From a virus (taxonomy: Duplodnaviria; Caudoviricetes): 64,000 nucleotides of DNA. The DNA is taken from positions 20,198 to 84,197 of IMG/VR virus record IMGVR_UViG_2916441648_000002; one strand, 5' to 3'. Each line of letters opens with the position of its first letter. The stretch's first letter is position 1. The translations under genes were made by a program, and so were the position numbers. Under the pieces are notes generated by a model. That model searched no databases, was not told the origin of the DNA, and worked only from the letters and a program-made list of their open reading frames with translations. Shown here in pieces: positions 46,544-56,210 of the stretch.

Positions 46544-46879
46544 TTACCAGGAACCTTCGTATGCGATATTCGTCAGCTCATCTGACAGTTCGCTGATGGA
46601 GTAAGCTATAGCCATCTTCTGCTCCCTACTGAACGAAGACCATAGATGACGCAAAGATTCGCTAAGATGATATTGCCAGTGCCCGTCACCGCTTAGATCT
46701 TCCCAGCCAGCAGGCAGGAGACAGAGCCCGCGACCGTAAAGCTCCTCTTCCGGGGTAAGGGGTGGACGAGCGGCTGCCGTATTTACTGGGCCATCACCCC
46801 AATTGCCGATAACTATTTTCCCGCCGCCAGCCATATTGACTGTCATCCCAACCTCACTGATCTCAATTGTTCCGCCCAT
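46544..46879 (-). CDS. Hypothetical protein (111 aa)
   Basis: GAGGT RBS; late strand. Confidence 0.6.
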   Translation of the reverse strand: MGGTIEISEVGMTVNMAGGGKIVIGNWGDGPVNTAAARPPLTPEEELYGRGLCLLPAGWEDLSGDGHWQYHLSESLRHLWSSFSREQKMAIAYSISELSDELTNIAYEGSW

Positions 46880-46955
46880 GAGTTACCTCTCTGTATACTG
46901 GTGTAGAGTGCTCATCTGCCCACGAGCACTGGCACAATCAACAAAGGAATGATTT

Positions 46956-47501
46956 ATGAATAAGAAAATTTTCAATGAAATGGTTCTGCTTAATGAACAA
47001 ACATGGGAAAGGCTATCTTCGATAATGCAAAGTGAAGACGACATAGGTGTAGTCTTACGCCTTCACCTGGTAACCGAGAAAATTATTGAAGCGTGGTGCT
47101 GTGCGGCATCAAACAACGTTAATTTTTTTGATGGTTTCGGCGAAAACCTAACTATGTCATACGCAGCAAAACTCAAGCTCGCTACAAATTTTGGTTTGAA
47201 TGAGTTTTCTTACCAGGAGCTTAAAGTCGTAAACAAAATCAGGAATGCACGCTCCCATCAAATTGATAACTCAGAAATTACCGATGAAGAAATAAATAAA
47301 CTAATCACCCACATAAGCAAGGGCGATCAAAAAGAGCTAATTGAAAACCCCAAATTTGGCATTCTGGTTGGTGATAAAGGAATACATCTCAATGACGAGG
47401 GTATTTCAAATCGCGAAAAGTTCATTGCCTCTATTGCTGCGGTAATTCTCAGGATTGCCAAGCAAGTTAACGACAGCGATAAATTTATAAAATTACTCTA
47501 A
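46956..47501 (+). CDS. AT-rich moron with HEPN-like RxxxxH motif (181 aa)
   Basis: LRLHLVTE N-terminal helix and KIRNARSH; AAGGA RBS; antisense to late genes. Confidence 0.7.
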   Translation: MNKKIFNEMVLLNEQTWERLSSIMQSEDDIGVVLRLHLVTEKIIEAWCCAASNNVNFFDGFGENLTMSYAAKLKLATNFGLNEFSYQELKVVNKIRNARSHQIDNSEITDEEINKLITHISKGDQKELIENPKFGILVGDKGIHLNDEGISNREKFIASIAAVILRIAKQVNDSDKFIKLL

Positions 47502-47645
47502 CCATCCATTTTACAGCAGGCGTTCACTGAGTACCTACTGTAATGCTTATCCCTTAGCGGGGATAATGATTGTCTTATCTGCTGGTGGGGATAACCATTA
47601 TCAAGCCCACCAGCAGGTGAGCTTTGTAATGGCTAACACTCAGTG

Positions 47646-47759
47646 TCACTTCGGCCAGCTGATAAAAAACATAAAGCCGATGAATGCGAAAAACAGCCCA
47701 GCGGCTGCCGCAACAACGATTAGAGTCCAAACAAGAATTGTTCCGATGGTTGCGATCAC
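47646..47759 (-). CDS. 37-aa hydrophobic peptide after the o-spanin
   Basis: GTG start overlapping the o-spanin stop; GAGGT RBS; MIATIGTILVWTLIVVAAAAGLFFAFIGFMFFISWPK. Confidence 0.5.
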   Translation of the reverse strand: MIATIGTILVWTLIVVAAAAGLFFAFIGFMFFISWPK

Positions 47760-47986
47760 TTGGACCTCGCTAATTTTGGTTTCTGGCAGTTCGCCTGCCA
47801 CGCTTTGTTATGCGCCAGGATGTCTTTCTTCGTCTGGCGGTCCATAACGTCGATATCGTGATCGGTCAGGTAGATTGGCTTTACCCAGTCACAGGCGGTA
47901 TCAACCACCACCGGGACGCTTCCACGTGTCACGCAGCTCGCGATCAACATCGTCATCAGGCATATGGTTAACAGTCTGCTGTACAT
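47756..47986 (-). CDS. o-spanin lipoprotein
   Basis: Lipobox LIASC; homolog of 4072-4287. Confidence 0.75.
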   Translation of the reverse strand: MYSRLLTICLMTMLIASCVTRGSVPVVVDTACDWVKPIYLTDHDIDVMDRQTKKDILAHNKAWQANCQKPKLARSK

Positions 47987-48176
47987 TGCTGGCCTCTTTC
48001 GTTGCTTCTACCCGTCGTTCGGCTACTGCTTCAGTGGCTGCGGCCTTTTCTTCGGTGCGCTGTTGGTCTGCTTTGGCTTCCGCTTTGCTGGTGCCGCGTG
48101 AATGGCCAATGCCAAAGGCACCCGCGATAGCAGCCATGACCAGCGCAGCAAGACCAATGATTGTTTCTAATCCCAT
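47901..48176 (-). CDS. i-spanin
   Basis: N-terminal TM plus coiled coil. Confidence 0.75.
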   Translation of the reverse strand: MGLETIIGLAALVMAAIAGAFGIGHSRGTSKAEAKADQQRTEEKAAATEAVAERRVEATKEASNVQQTVNHMPDDDVDRELRDTWKRPGGG

Positions 48177-48183
48177 ATCAACC

Positions 48184-48810
48184 TCACACCAGTACCGTTT
48201 TGGCCTGATCGAAGCGCGCGCGACGATCTTCCAGTCCGTTCGTGCCGCCGTTGATAATCTTCGTCACCTGCATCAGGTCGCCGGAATACTTCAGGCATCC
48301 CTTAGTAGCAAAGAACCACGCTGCGCTTCTGGCTGCATAAACATCTTCGGCCAATAGCTCAGGCTGCTTAACCAGATCAACCTTCAGGCCGTTCCCGCAA
48401 TCACGGTAGTTGTTGAGGCCGGTAATCTGGATAAGGCCACGCCCACGGTATAACCAGCCGTCGCCTGGAGCGTTGTTCCCCATGCGTTTGCTGTATACCA
48501 GGTTCGCGATGGCGCGTTGTCGCTCAATCGGTAATGTTCGCTCTTCAGGACGACGCCCAAGCGCGTTAGCCTGGTCTGCCGTGAGGCGTCCCGCACGGAT
48601 GAAGTTAACCAGTCCTGCAATGCGATAGTTGAAGCTCTCCACCAGCAGAGTGAAACCTGCTGATTCGTGCCCAGCCTGAGCAATGAACATGGCCTGGTCT
48701 ACCGGCTTGGTGATGCCGAACTCTTCCATCGCATCACTGATTGGCTGAAACCAGCGCGCAGCTAACTCGGCGCTTAGACCAGCCGCCTTTTGAAATTGTG
48801 ATTGGTTCAT
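48184..48810 (-). CDS. Endolysin, GH19
   Basis: Nearly identical to 4485-5111. Confidence 0.9.
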   Translation of the reverse strand: MNQSQFQKAAGLSAELAARWFQPISDAMEEFGITKPVDQAMFIAQAGHESAGFTLLVESFNYRIAGLVNFIRAGRLTADQANALGRRPEERTLPIERQRAIANLVYSKRMGNNAPGDGWLYRGRGLIQITGLNNYRDCGNGLKVDLVKQPELLAEDVYAARSAAWFFATKGCLKYSGDLMQVTKIINGGTNGLEDRRARFDQAKTVLV

Positions 48811-49091
48811 TAGTGCCTCAGTGCGTCAACCAGGCGCGCCACGTTTCCCCGAGCCCAGAGAACGGCGGCGCATATCAGGACGTTCACCAGCACCACGAAC
48901 CAGTGCGATTCATGGTACAGGCCGAACAGGTAACGGAAAGGGACGCTGGCGTATACCAGCACCGTGAAATAAGCCATCAGCGATATCAGAGGGCGATGTC
49001 TCGCCCCGCCGCGCTGGTAGAACATCAGAGCAATAACGATAACAGCAGATATAATTGCGTTTGCCATCGCGCTCGGATCACTTGTTACCAT
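48810..49091 (-). CDS. Holin-family membrane protein
   Basis: Homolog of 5111-5392. Confidence 0.75.
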   Translation of the reverse strand: MVTSDPSAMANAIISAVIVIALMFYQRGGARHRPLISLMAYFTVLVYASVPFRYLFGLYHESHWFVVLVNVLICAAVLWARGNVARLVDALRH

Positions 49092-49473
49092 TGCTGGCCC
49101 CTCCACCACGTAAACGCGAGAGAATTCCAAACAGGCTACCCAAATCCTGACTGTTGACGAACGTCAGCAGCTTAATTGCAATAGCAGCTACGATTACCGC
49201 GCCAAGCGCATCAAGCGGCCTGTCGCTATACCCCGTCCATTTGGAGAAGTAAGAGCCAAGCAGCGGTGCACCGATGACACCGAAGATAAATGAGGTGATG
49301 AAGTAGCCCACCAGTTTAAGGCGGCTGATATTAACCGCCGTAGCGACGTAGAACACCGCACCAGCAAATGCGCCAAACACCACACCGTAATCAATTCCGG
49401 TTGCCAGGCCAAACATGCTGGCCCCCATCAGACCGCCAGCCGCTACCGTAGTGCCAGAAACAGGATCGGACAT
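49078..49473 (-). CDS. Putative holin/antiholin
   Basis: Homolog of 5379-5774. Confidence 0.7.
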   Translation of the reverse strand: MSDPVSGTTVAAGGLMGASMFGLATGIDYGVVFGAFAGAVFYVATAVNISRLKLVGYFITSFIFGVIGAPLLGSYFSKWTGYSDRPLDALGAVIVAAIAIKLLTFVNSQDLGSLFGILSRLRGGGASNGNK

Positions 49474-49628
49474 TGAGCCCCCTCTTATTGCCGTGAGTCC
49501 TCTCAGAACGAGGGGAAACAAAAAAGGCCGCCCGTAGGCAGCCCTTAAAATAAAAAACCCGCAGCAGTGGCGGGTTTATGTTTTGTTCTGTTGCTCAGTA
49601 CGCTTTACTGTCCCGAGCCTAACACAAT

Positions 49629-50207
49629 TTAAGCACTTTCTTGCTCACTCTGCAACTTAAATCTGTCGCTATTTGTGCCAAACGCATCACAAAGTGGAGC
49701 GTACAGGATCGATTCTGCCAAACTTACCCATGTGTCGATTCGGCGTCGGCATGTGATAAGTGTCCAGTCAGGGTGTTTTGCATTCAGCTCGTTGGCCATC
49801 TGCAGTTTGCTCTTACGCAGCCGGTGACGGTCAACGATTACGCCATACAACCCACGGTATTCATCATTCATCAGGACCGAAGCAATAACACCATCCACCT
49901 TCAGACCCTCTTCATCCGAGCAGAACGCCAGGCCGCTTTTGTTTTTGCTGTCGAGGATTTCGCGCAGGTATGCTTCCAGCTCAGGTTTAGTGATGCCGGA
50001 TTTCTTCATGCGACGAAGCGCATCGTTGATTGCGGTTTTGGTAATTTTTACGGATGCAAGCAACTGGTTGAACATGTTTCCGCAGGAGCCACCGCCGATG
50101 TATGACCATCGGCCCCACATGCGGAGCTTTCCCTGTACCCAGATGCTTTCGAGAGTGCGAAGGCGAACCATCTCGCCGGATTTGCCAACTTCTGAAGGAT
50201 TGATCAT
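49629..50207 (-). CDS. DUF1133-like protein in the Q slot (putative late regulator)
   Basis: LESIWVQGKLRMWGRWS signature; sits between DUF968 and lysis where prophage 1 has Q. Confidence 0.7.
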   Translation of the reverse strand: MINPSEVGKSGEMVRLRTLESIWVQGKLRMWGRWSYIGGGSCGNMFNQLLASVKITKTAINDALRRMKKSGITKPELEAYLREILDSKNKSGLAFCSDEEGLKVDGVIASVLMNDEYRGLYGVIVDRHRLRKSKLQMANELNAKHPDWTLITCRRRIDTWVSLAESILYAPLCDAFGTNSDRFKLQSEQESA

Positions 50208-50220
50208 GTTGCGTCTCCAC

Positions 50221-51210
50221 TTACGCCAGTGCGCCGATTGCCAGCGCGCGATCTAAAAACCGAAACAACAGCGTTAACTGGTCGCCGTGCTTCGCTTCAA
50301 ATGCCACAGGATCAGCGTGCAACTCGTCGTGATGTGCTCTGCACAGCGGTATCACAAACAGGTCATGCGCTTTGGTTCCCATTCCACCCTGCCCGTGGCC
50401 TATCAGGTGGTGGGGGTCGTCTGCCGGGTTATTGCAGCAACTGCATTGCTGCGACTTCACCCAGCGGGTGTACTTCTCGTTCTCCCAGCGGCGGCGCTTT
50501 GGCCTAAGCATGAAAGATTCCGGTGACTCGGGGTCTACCTTAACGGAGACAACCTTCTTCACCTTCTCCTGGAGGATTTCAGTCGCCGGTAACGACGGAA
50601 CAATGTAGCTTTCCCTCATTACGGAACTATGCGATTCAGGCTTTATCCTGAGGGCTTTGCTCGCCACTGATTCAGGAATAAGGTCAGCCAGATCGTTGCG
50701 TACCATCCACCAGCAGAACTCCGGAAGCGTCAGGGTGTGGTCTTCGCTGAATCCCAGCATAATATTCACCCTTTCGAGTAACCATTTTACCAGGTTCTGC
50801 ATGGCAATTCCTGCCAGTCTTTCAGTGGTTTGTTCACGAAACTGGTTATCACAACCCCAGCAAAGACGAATGCTACCGGGTGCATGCCGCATCACGGTAA
50901 AGTCTCTGGCATGCCAGTCTGTATGAGGCCACTGACATTCAAATTTTCTTTCCAGCCAGGCATCAAGCCCATTCAGGCCACCAGCACGCTGGATAACCCT
51001 TTCATTCTCAAAAATAGCCTGCATACTGTCATCATCTGTCAGCGGCTGGTGCGCTTCCGGAATCAGCCCAGATGGCAGGTGCTGGATTGCTTCCGAAGGC
51101 TTTTCGATCACCACCCTTCCCTGTCGGAATAACCAGAGCAGTTCGTTTCCGGGGCGGAACAGCACCACACCGGACATCGGAGCAACTTCAGGTGTCAGTA
51201 TGGCTCTCAC
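50221..51210 (-). CDS. DUF968/YdfU-like protein
   Basis: Near-identical to 6817-7806. Confidence 0.8.
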   Translation of the reverse strand: MRAILTPEVAPMSGVVLFRPGNELLWLFRQGRVVIEKPSEAIQHLPSGLIPEAHQPLTDDDSMQAIFENERVIQRAGGLNGLDAWLERKFECQWPHTDWHARDFTVMRHAPGSIRLCWGCDNQFREQTTERLAGIAMQNLVKWLLERVNIMLGFSEDHTLTLPEFCWWMVRNDLADLIPESVASKALRIKPESHSSVMRESYIVPSLPATEILQEKVKKVVSVKVDPESPESFMLRPKRRRWENEKYTRWVKSQQCSCCNNPADDPHHLIGHGQGGMGTKAHDLFVIPLCRAHHDELHADPVAFEAKHGDQLTLLFRFLDRALAIGALA

Positions 51211-51932
51211 GAAATTTGCCCCTTAGCGATATGCTCTGCCCACAGGCCGCCAATCCAGCGCACCCCCTTTGCGGTAAAGCGAGACTGGTTGAAAGCGTAG
51301 TTGGTCTGGTTGGTAGTCCCGGTCTTAACTTCAAAGCGCCCTGCTTCGATATGTTTGCTCTTCGGAGTAAGCACGCGGTTAAGTCGGTACATGATGCCGT
51401 TCTCAATGAGGAACATCGCGAACTCGGGCTCTTTGGCGTTCAGGAGCTTGGCAACCTGCCGGAACGTCATTGAGCCAGTGGCTTTAACATAGCGATCAAC
51501 AAATTCAGCCTTAGGCGCTGCTATGGCCAGTTCTTCACTCAGACGTTGCTTCTGTTCTGCAAGGTCAGCGGCAAGGCGTAGTGCTTCAGGAAGTGTTTGA
51601 GGAACCACCATCCCGGCCCCGCTCTCTAGTTCCTGCCAGCGGTCAACAAGACGGGCGGTAAACTCCGGGCAGAGCTGCGCGACGATAACGTAGCTATCGC
51701 GCTTGTTAACTTCGTAGTAATGGTAAACCTGCTGGTTCTGGGGATGGGTGTACTGCATTGCAGCATACCCCCCAATTACGCCCGAGTTCATCAGTCGCTC
51801 GATTGTCACGCAGACGTTGCTGTGGCGAGAGTCGACCAGTTTCGCAATTTCACGGCTGGACATCGTTATTTGCTGCCCCATCGCGGCGCTGTGATGGGTC
51901 GGACACATTACGGTGATATTCATCTGATTCAT
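51207..51932 (-). CDS. Antirepressor-like protein
   Basis: Near-identical to 7803-8528. Confidence 0.8.
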   Translation of the reverse strand: MNQMNITVMCPTHHSAAMGQQITMSSREIAKLVDSRHSNVCVTIERLMNSGVIGGYAAMQYTHPQNQQVYHYYEVNKRDSYVIVAQLCPEFTARLVDRWQELESGAGMVVPQTLPEALRLAADLAEQKQRLSEELAIAAPKAEFVDRYVKATGSMTFRQVAKLLNAKEPEFAMFLIENGIMYRLNRVLTPKSKHIEAGRFEVKTGTTNQTNYAFNQSRFTAKGVRWIGGLWAEHIAKGQIS

Positions 51933-51947
51933 GCTCTTCTCCACTTA

Positions 51948-52337
51948 TCAGGCGGCTGCACCCGCCAGAGGTTCATGTTTCTTGATCGATATCTCTACTC
52001 GCCCACCCGGTACCTTCGGCCCCCACTCCACCAGCATTCTCTGCACCTGGCTGTCATCCTCCCAGATACCTGCGTGAGTGAGAGCGTCAAACAGAGCCTT
52101 GTTGTAATTGTCGATATCGCGGCGGCGTGCATCTGGCGGAAAGAGAAGGATCTCCACCGCAGCTGGTGACGATGATGGTTTAGGAAGGCAACGCAGCTGC
52201 TCAATAATCGCTGCGCAGGCCGCACTCTGATATGCCCTGCCTTTCTCACTGATAAGATGGCGGCCTTTTAACGGCCCCTTGTTTGGAGCTCGCCAGTAGG
52301 TGTTTACGCTCGGCGGGAACGGGAGCACCAGTTTCAT
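51948..52337 (-). CDS. rusA: RusA-like resolvase
   Basis: RusA motifs as in 8544-8933. Confidence 0.9.
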   Translation of the reverse strand: MKLVLPFPPSVNTYWRAPNKGPLKGRHLISEKGRAYQSAACAAIIEQLRCLPKPSSSPAAVEILLFPPDARRRDIDNYNKALFDALTHAGIWEDDSQVQRMLVEWGPKVPGGRVEISIKKHEPLAGAAA

Positions 52338-52654
52338 AAAGTCACTCCCTGCTTTTTCAGCCATTCCACCGCGTTATCTCTGGCCATGTCTCCACCGGAT
52401 AACAGGCCTTTAATGATCGATACCGGATCAGCATCCAGTTCTGTTTTGACGACGGTAATGCCCCTGGCAGCGCCAGGAGCAATGGAGATGTAACCCTTTT
52501 TCTTGAGCGCCTTCACATGCTCAGCAGCAGCGTTCTGCGATGAGCAACCAATCAGTTCAGCAAGCTCTATCAACGTTGGTGGGAAGCCAACCTTTTCGAT
52601 GTGAACCTTGATAGCTTCATACACTTCACTCTGACGCTGTGTTAATTCGATCAT
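52334..52654 (-). CDS. LexA-type DNA-binding-domain protein
   Basis: SQNAAAEHVKALKKKG; homolog of 8930-9250. Confidence 0.8.
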   Translation of the reverse strand: MIELTQRQSEVYEAIKVHIEKVGFPPTLIELAELIGCSSQNAAAEHVKALKKKGYISIAPGAARGITVVKTELDADPVSIIKGLLSGGDMARDNAVEWLKKQGVTL

Positions 52655-52899
52655 GATTCCTCCCCAATTCGGCCCTTGTAGCGTCCAAAACGACCGTTAA
52701 GTCGCCCGATGATGCTGTAGAACATCACAAGGCTCACGCCCATAGGCTTAACCTTCTCGTGATATTCCTTCAGGATCGGCGTTGCTATTGAATTCCACCC
52801 TGCAGATGGATTCTCAGTTATGGCTTTCTTAAGCGCGGTGCTGCATTGGCGAGCTACATCACGAACCGCGTTATCCTGCTCGGTTGATAGTTTGATCAT
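52651..52899 (-). CDS. Hypothetical protein (82 aa)
   Basis: Homolog of 9247-9474. Confidence 0.7.
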   Translation of the reverse strand: MIKLSTEQDNAVRDVARQCSTALKKAITENPSAGWNSIATPILKEYHEKVKPMGVSLVMFYSIIGRLNGRFGRYKGRIGEES

Positions 52900-53555
52900 G
52901 CTGCATGCTCCTGGTTATTTGTCACCGGAACAGCAATGCCGGAAATCAATTCAACCGCAGCTGACTCGGCCTGATTACCCCAATGGTCCCAGCCTGGCGC
53001 ACCGCAACGGCTAAATAGTTCGATACGCGGTACGTCACCGTAAAGCTTCTCCAGACGGAAACGCGCCTCGGCGGGCTTTTGGCTGTGCTCACCGAGTGGA
53101 CTGTAGATAACCTGCTTGATGCTGGCGCACTGGCGTTCGAGTCCATTCCCCCTGGTGGCGATCAGCAGGTCTTCGGTATTGGCTCGGGTGTAGTTCCCGC
53201 CGTTCATGCGGGTCTGTACGTTCAGCAATTCGAGGAAGTCGTAAAAGTCCTCCACTCCACCAGCCTGAAGCGCTTTGTTAATGTGTTGCTCTGCCAGAGG
53301 GTTGAACTTAACCCAGGTGAAGCCCTTCATCGTACGGACCTTAAAGCCCCATGCTTCAGCCAGTTCAATAGCTTCTCGTGTGTGCGTGCCGGTGAACCAC
53401 ATAGCCAGAACAGCATTATCTGCAGCGAGGTCCCAAACCGGTAGGCGCTTCATGTCGATAAGCTTCATCGTGCCGTAGTGGTTGTTGGCCGCACCGTTGC
53501 TGACGGTGTTCCCGTATTCCCAGGCTGGGTCAGCGTAAATCAGAGAGTATTTCAT
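52896..53555 (-). CDS. MT-A70 family adenine methyltransferase
   Basis: DPAW motif; homolog of 10433-11092. Confidence 0.88.
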   Translation of the reverse strand: MKYSLIYADPAWEYGNTVSNGAANNHYGTMKLIDMKRLPVWDLAADNAVLAMWFTGTHTREAIELAEAWGFKVRTMKGFTWVKFNPLAEQHINKALQAGGVEDFYDFLELLNVQTRMNGGNYTRANTEDLLIATRGNGLERQCASIKQVIYSPLGEHSQKPAEARFRLEKLYGDVPRIELFSRCGAPGWDHWGNQAESAAVELISGIAVPVTNNQEHAA

Positions 53556-54049
53556 CAGACGTTCCTCGCTCGGCCAGCAAGACACCATCCATCACCAGAT
53601 GGCTTAGCTCGCTGAACCATGTTCAGGCAGCGCTGACGCTCATCAAGAATTTTCCCCCGCATCTCTTCGCTTTTGGAACGGTTGAAGGCATCCATCAGGA
53701 CCGTGGCGGCCCTCAGGAACAAACCCTTGTCAGATAATTCCTTTGCCTTCTCCATCATCGCAACGACAGCAGGGTTTGGTGCGCTTTCCTGTTTTGGCTC
53801 AGGCATCACTTCGGCTTTTTCGACCGGGTAGCGCGGGACAATAGGCCCAATCGGACCAATTGGAGCTTTGGCGTAGTAGCGGAAGGTTGGACGTTCTCCA
53901 CGGCGTTCTGCTCGTCCCAACATTGCCAGGCGGCATACCGCACGCTGAACACTGTGCAATTCATACTCTGGCAGTGCTGCGGCGATCTCCTTATTCGTCA
54001 TTCCAGGGTTATTGGCCACGAACAGTTGGATTGTTTTGAGAAAGCTCAT
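53555..54049 (-). CDS. PerC-family regulator
   Basis: Near-identical to 11092-11586. Confidence 0.7.
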   Translation of the reverse strand: MSFLKTIQLFVANNPGMTNKEIAAALPEYELHSVQRAVCRLAMLGRAERRGERPTFRYYAKAPIGPIGPIVPRYPVEKAEVMPEPKQESAPNPAVVAMMEKAKELSDKGLFLRAATVLMDAFNRSKSEEMRGKILDERQRCLNMVQRAKPSGDGWCLAGRARNV

Positions 54050-54972
54050 GAGTTCGCTCCTCTGAAACCGTTGGGGACTTTGCTGTAGTCAGTGTTCTTG
54101 AAGCTGGAACGGAACACGCCATCCTCTCGGGCCCACTCTCCGTTGACGCGAGGAGGACGCCCAGCTTTGGCCCAGCTTTTCGCGGACTTCAGGTAGCCAG
54201 GGAATTTGCTAGGCTGGAAAAGAGTCTGTGGGCGGAGATAGGCTGCCATCGTCAGGTCTTCGCTCCACTTGGCGTTGCAGTAGTCCACCACCAGCGATAA
54301 CTCTTCAACGGTGTAACCTTCCCCGATTCTGGCACGAATGTTTTGCAGCGAGGTTGTTGAAACCTGATATTTGGAGTTAGTAACCTGGTTCAGGTGAACC
54401 AAAACCTGTTTAGCCTGATCGGTGATCAACACATCACGGTCTGGTTGCGGCGCAACCGGACAAATAGGTTTTTTAATATCTGTAGTATTCTCTGTTGTAT
54501 TCTCTGTAAGAACATCAGTGCAATTTGACCTGATGAGAGCGGTTCGTTTTGACCCGATGGAGCGTTTCACTTTGACCTCTTCCATCGGTTCATTTTGACC
54601 TGATGGAAGAGTGCATTTTGAACTCTTCGATTTTGTCACTTTGACCTCATCTAAAAGTTCGCTTTCGTAGTTGATCGTGTAGTAGTTAGTCATGTCGCGC
54701 TGAGACTTGTTCAGTTGCTCAACTTTGAGTACGCCGAGGTTCTTCAGGCGGGTAAATGTGCGCTTCAGCGTAGACTCAGACCAGAACGGGAACTGTTCCA
54801 GCCACTGCTCATTGGTGTTGTAAATCCAGCGCACTCCGTCACGCTCCAGTCCGGAGGTGGTTTCTTTAAGCCAGTAGTTCACCTGCTGCAACGCAATAGC
54901 CTCGTTCAGGCCAATGCTGTATGCAAGGTCAGGGTTTATCACTATCGGCCGGGATGGCATCAACAGGCTCAT
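54046..54972 (-). CDS. Replication initiation protein
   Basis: Translation identical to 11583-12509. Confidence 0.85.
   Translation of the reverse strand: MSLLMPSRPIVINPDLAYSIGLNEAIALQQVNYWLKETTSGLERDGVRWIYNTNEQWLEQFPFWSESTLKRTFTRLKNLGVLKVEQLNKSQRDMTNYYTINYESELLDEVKVTKSKSSKCTLPSGQNEPMEEVKVKRSIGSKRTALIRSNCTDVLTENTTENTTDIKKPICPVAPQPDRDVLITDQAKQVLVHLNQVTNSKYQVSTTSLQNIRARIGEGYTVEELSLVVDYCNAKWSEDLTMAAYLRPQTLFQPSKFPGYLKSAKSWAKAGRPPRVNGEWAREDGVFRSSFKNTDYSKVPNGFRGANS
54524..54646. repeat. Origin iterons
   Basis: Same six TTTGA(C/A)C cores as 12061-12183. Confidence 0.8.
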
Positions 54973-55141
54973 GGTCGTCCTTTAACTCTGTAAATTTACG
55001 CTGGAATTGGTCAAGAGGGCTGAAGCACTCATGTTCGTACCCTTCGCGCAGGTATATAACGCGTCGACTCTCAGGCTCCCATCTGATGACACGGACCGGG
55101 ACGCCGTAGTGGTCTTTGAATCGCCGGTTAACTTCAGCCAT
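54929..55141 (-). CDS. DUF4222-like protein
   Basis: Homolog of 12466-12678. Confidence 0.7.
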   Translation of the reverse strand: MAEVNRRFKDHYGVPVRVIRWEPESRRVIYLREGYEHECFSPLDQFQRKFTELKDDHEPVDAIPADSDKP

Positions 55142-55320
55142 TCCTCATGCCCCTTCTCGTTCATCTGAGCAAAAGCCTCTACCATCGCGTTCTCAGGCTG
55201 GTAGTTGTTCTCACCAGGCTGGTCGTTTAATCTCTCCACATAGCCGAACGGGGAATCTTTTCCCACCAGTGGAAGGCATCTGAATTGCTTCGCTGGTCTC
55301 AAACGGTTTAAACTGTTCAT
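54982..55320 (-). CDS. Hypothetical protein overlapping the DUF4222-like gene
   Basis: GGAG RBS; positional analog of 12519-12845. Confidence 0.55.
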   Translation of the reverse strand: MNSLNRLRPAKQFRCLPLVGKDSPFGYVERLNDQPGENNYQPENAMVEAFAQMNEKGHEEWLKLTGDSKTTTASRSVSSDGSLRVDALYTCAKGTNMSASALLTNSSVNLQS

Positions 55321-55381
55321 GCGTTAGTTTCTCCACTGAATACGACACGCCACGACGCCCGGAGCTGCACACTCGCGGGCG

Positions 55382-55852
55382 TCACTTCTTTTGGGTTTTC
55401 TTACGGCTAAACAGCGCGACAATCGCGCGGATTTCTTCTTCACGCGCAGCCAGGTGACGGCGGTGATGCTCGTGAATTTCTTCGGCTTCATGTTGCTCAA
55501 TAACTCCATCCTCAAGTGCCTTCTGGATAATCTGATCAACCTGACCTCGTGCAGCTGCCGTTCTCATTGCGCGCGTAAACAGGTCTACGCGATCGAGGTC
55601 TTCCAGCTGCGGAACGTCCACCAGCAGAGCGCCGCGACGTTGCGCGAAGTAATCAGCCAGGAGAGATGTGTTTGAAATGTCTTCCATCGCTTCCAGCTCG
55701 TTCACTTCAAAGAAGCGGCAGCCGTTCTTCTCGTACAGGTTGTTGTTGAACTGCGTGACTGACATACCAAGAGCACCGGCCATAGCCTCACGGCCACCTG
55801 GGTACGCTTTGCACATCGCTTTCACTACTTCTTTCAGGCTTGGCTCTACCAT
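55382..55852 (-). CDS. YmfL-family (CII-slot) regulator
   Basis: YPGGREAMAGALG...NNLYEK...EDGVI. Confidence 0.75.
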   Translation of the reverse strand: MVEPSLKEVVKAMCKAYPGGREAMAGALGMSVTQFNNNLYEKNGCRFFEVNELEAMEDISNTSLLADYFAQRRGALLVDVPQLEDLDRVDLFTRAMRTAAARGQVDQIIQKALEDGVIEQHEAEEIHEHHRRHLAAREEEIRAIVALFSRKKTQKK

Positions 55853-55893
55853 GTTGTTTTTCCTTTGGTAGTTACGTAATGCTGGTTGCTGGG

Positions 55894-56112
55894 TTACGGT
55901 GTTACTGCAACGTCAGGATCAGCAGGTTTGTTTTTGTTAGGGAATGGTCGTACTTCCTCGGCTTCAATCTTCCCGTCTTCGTTAACCAGGATATTTACCC
56001 GGCGATTACGCTTGAGAGCTTTGCTGATTGCGCTTTGGTATACCCCAAGTGCCTCAGCTGTTTTTGCCTGACCGTTTTCCAAAACATATTCAGATAGCGG
56101 AATAATCTTCAT
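55894..56112 (-). CDS. cro: Lambda-like Cro
   Basis: GQAKTAEALGVYQSAISKA...EEVRPFP matches lambda Cro. Confidence 0.9.
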   Translation of the reverse strand: MKIIPLSEYVLENGQAKTAEALGVYQSAISKALKRNRRVNILVNEDGKIEAEEVRPFPNKNKPADPDVAVTP

Positions 56113-56140
56113 TGGTTTTCCTCGTGGTTTGCACATAAGG

Positions 56141-56206
56141 AGTATCACTGTTAGTGATAAATATGTCAACACTAGCGGTGATTGGTGATTATGCCGTGCG
56201 GTGATA
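56141..56206. promoter_or_regulatory. Lambda-like OR1/OR2/OR3 and PR
   Basis: 17-bp sites at 56143, 56167 and 56190 (24/23-bp spacing as in lambda); PR TTGACA-17-GATACT on the minus strand. Confidence 0.85.
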
Positions 56207-56210
56207 AATT

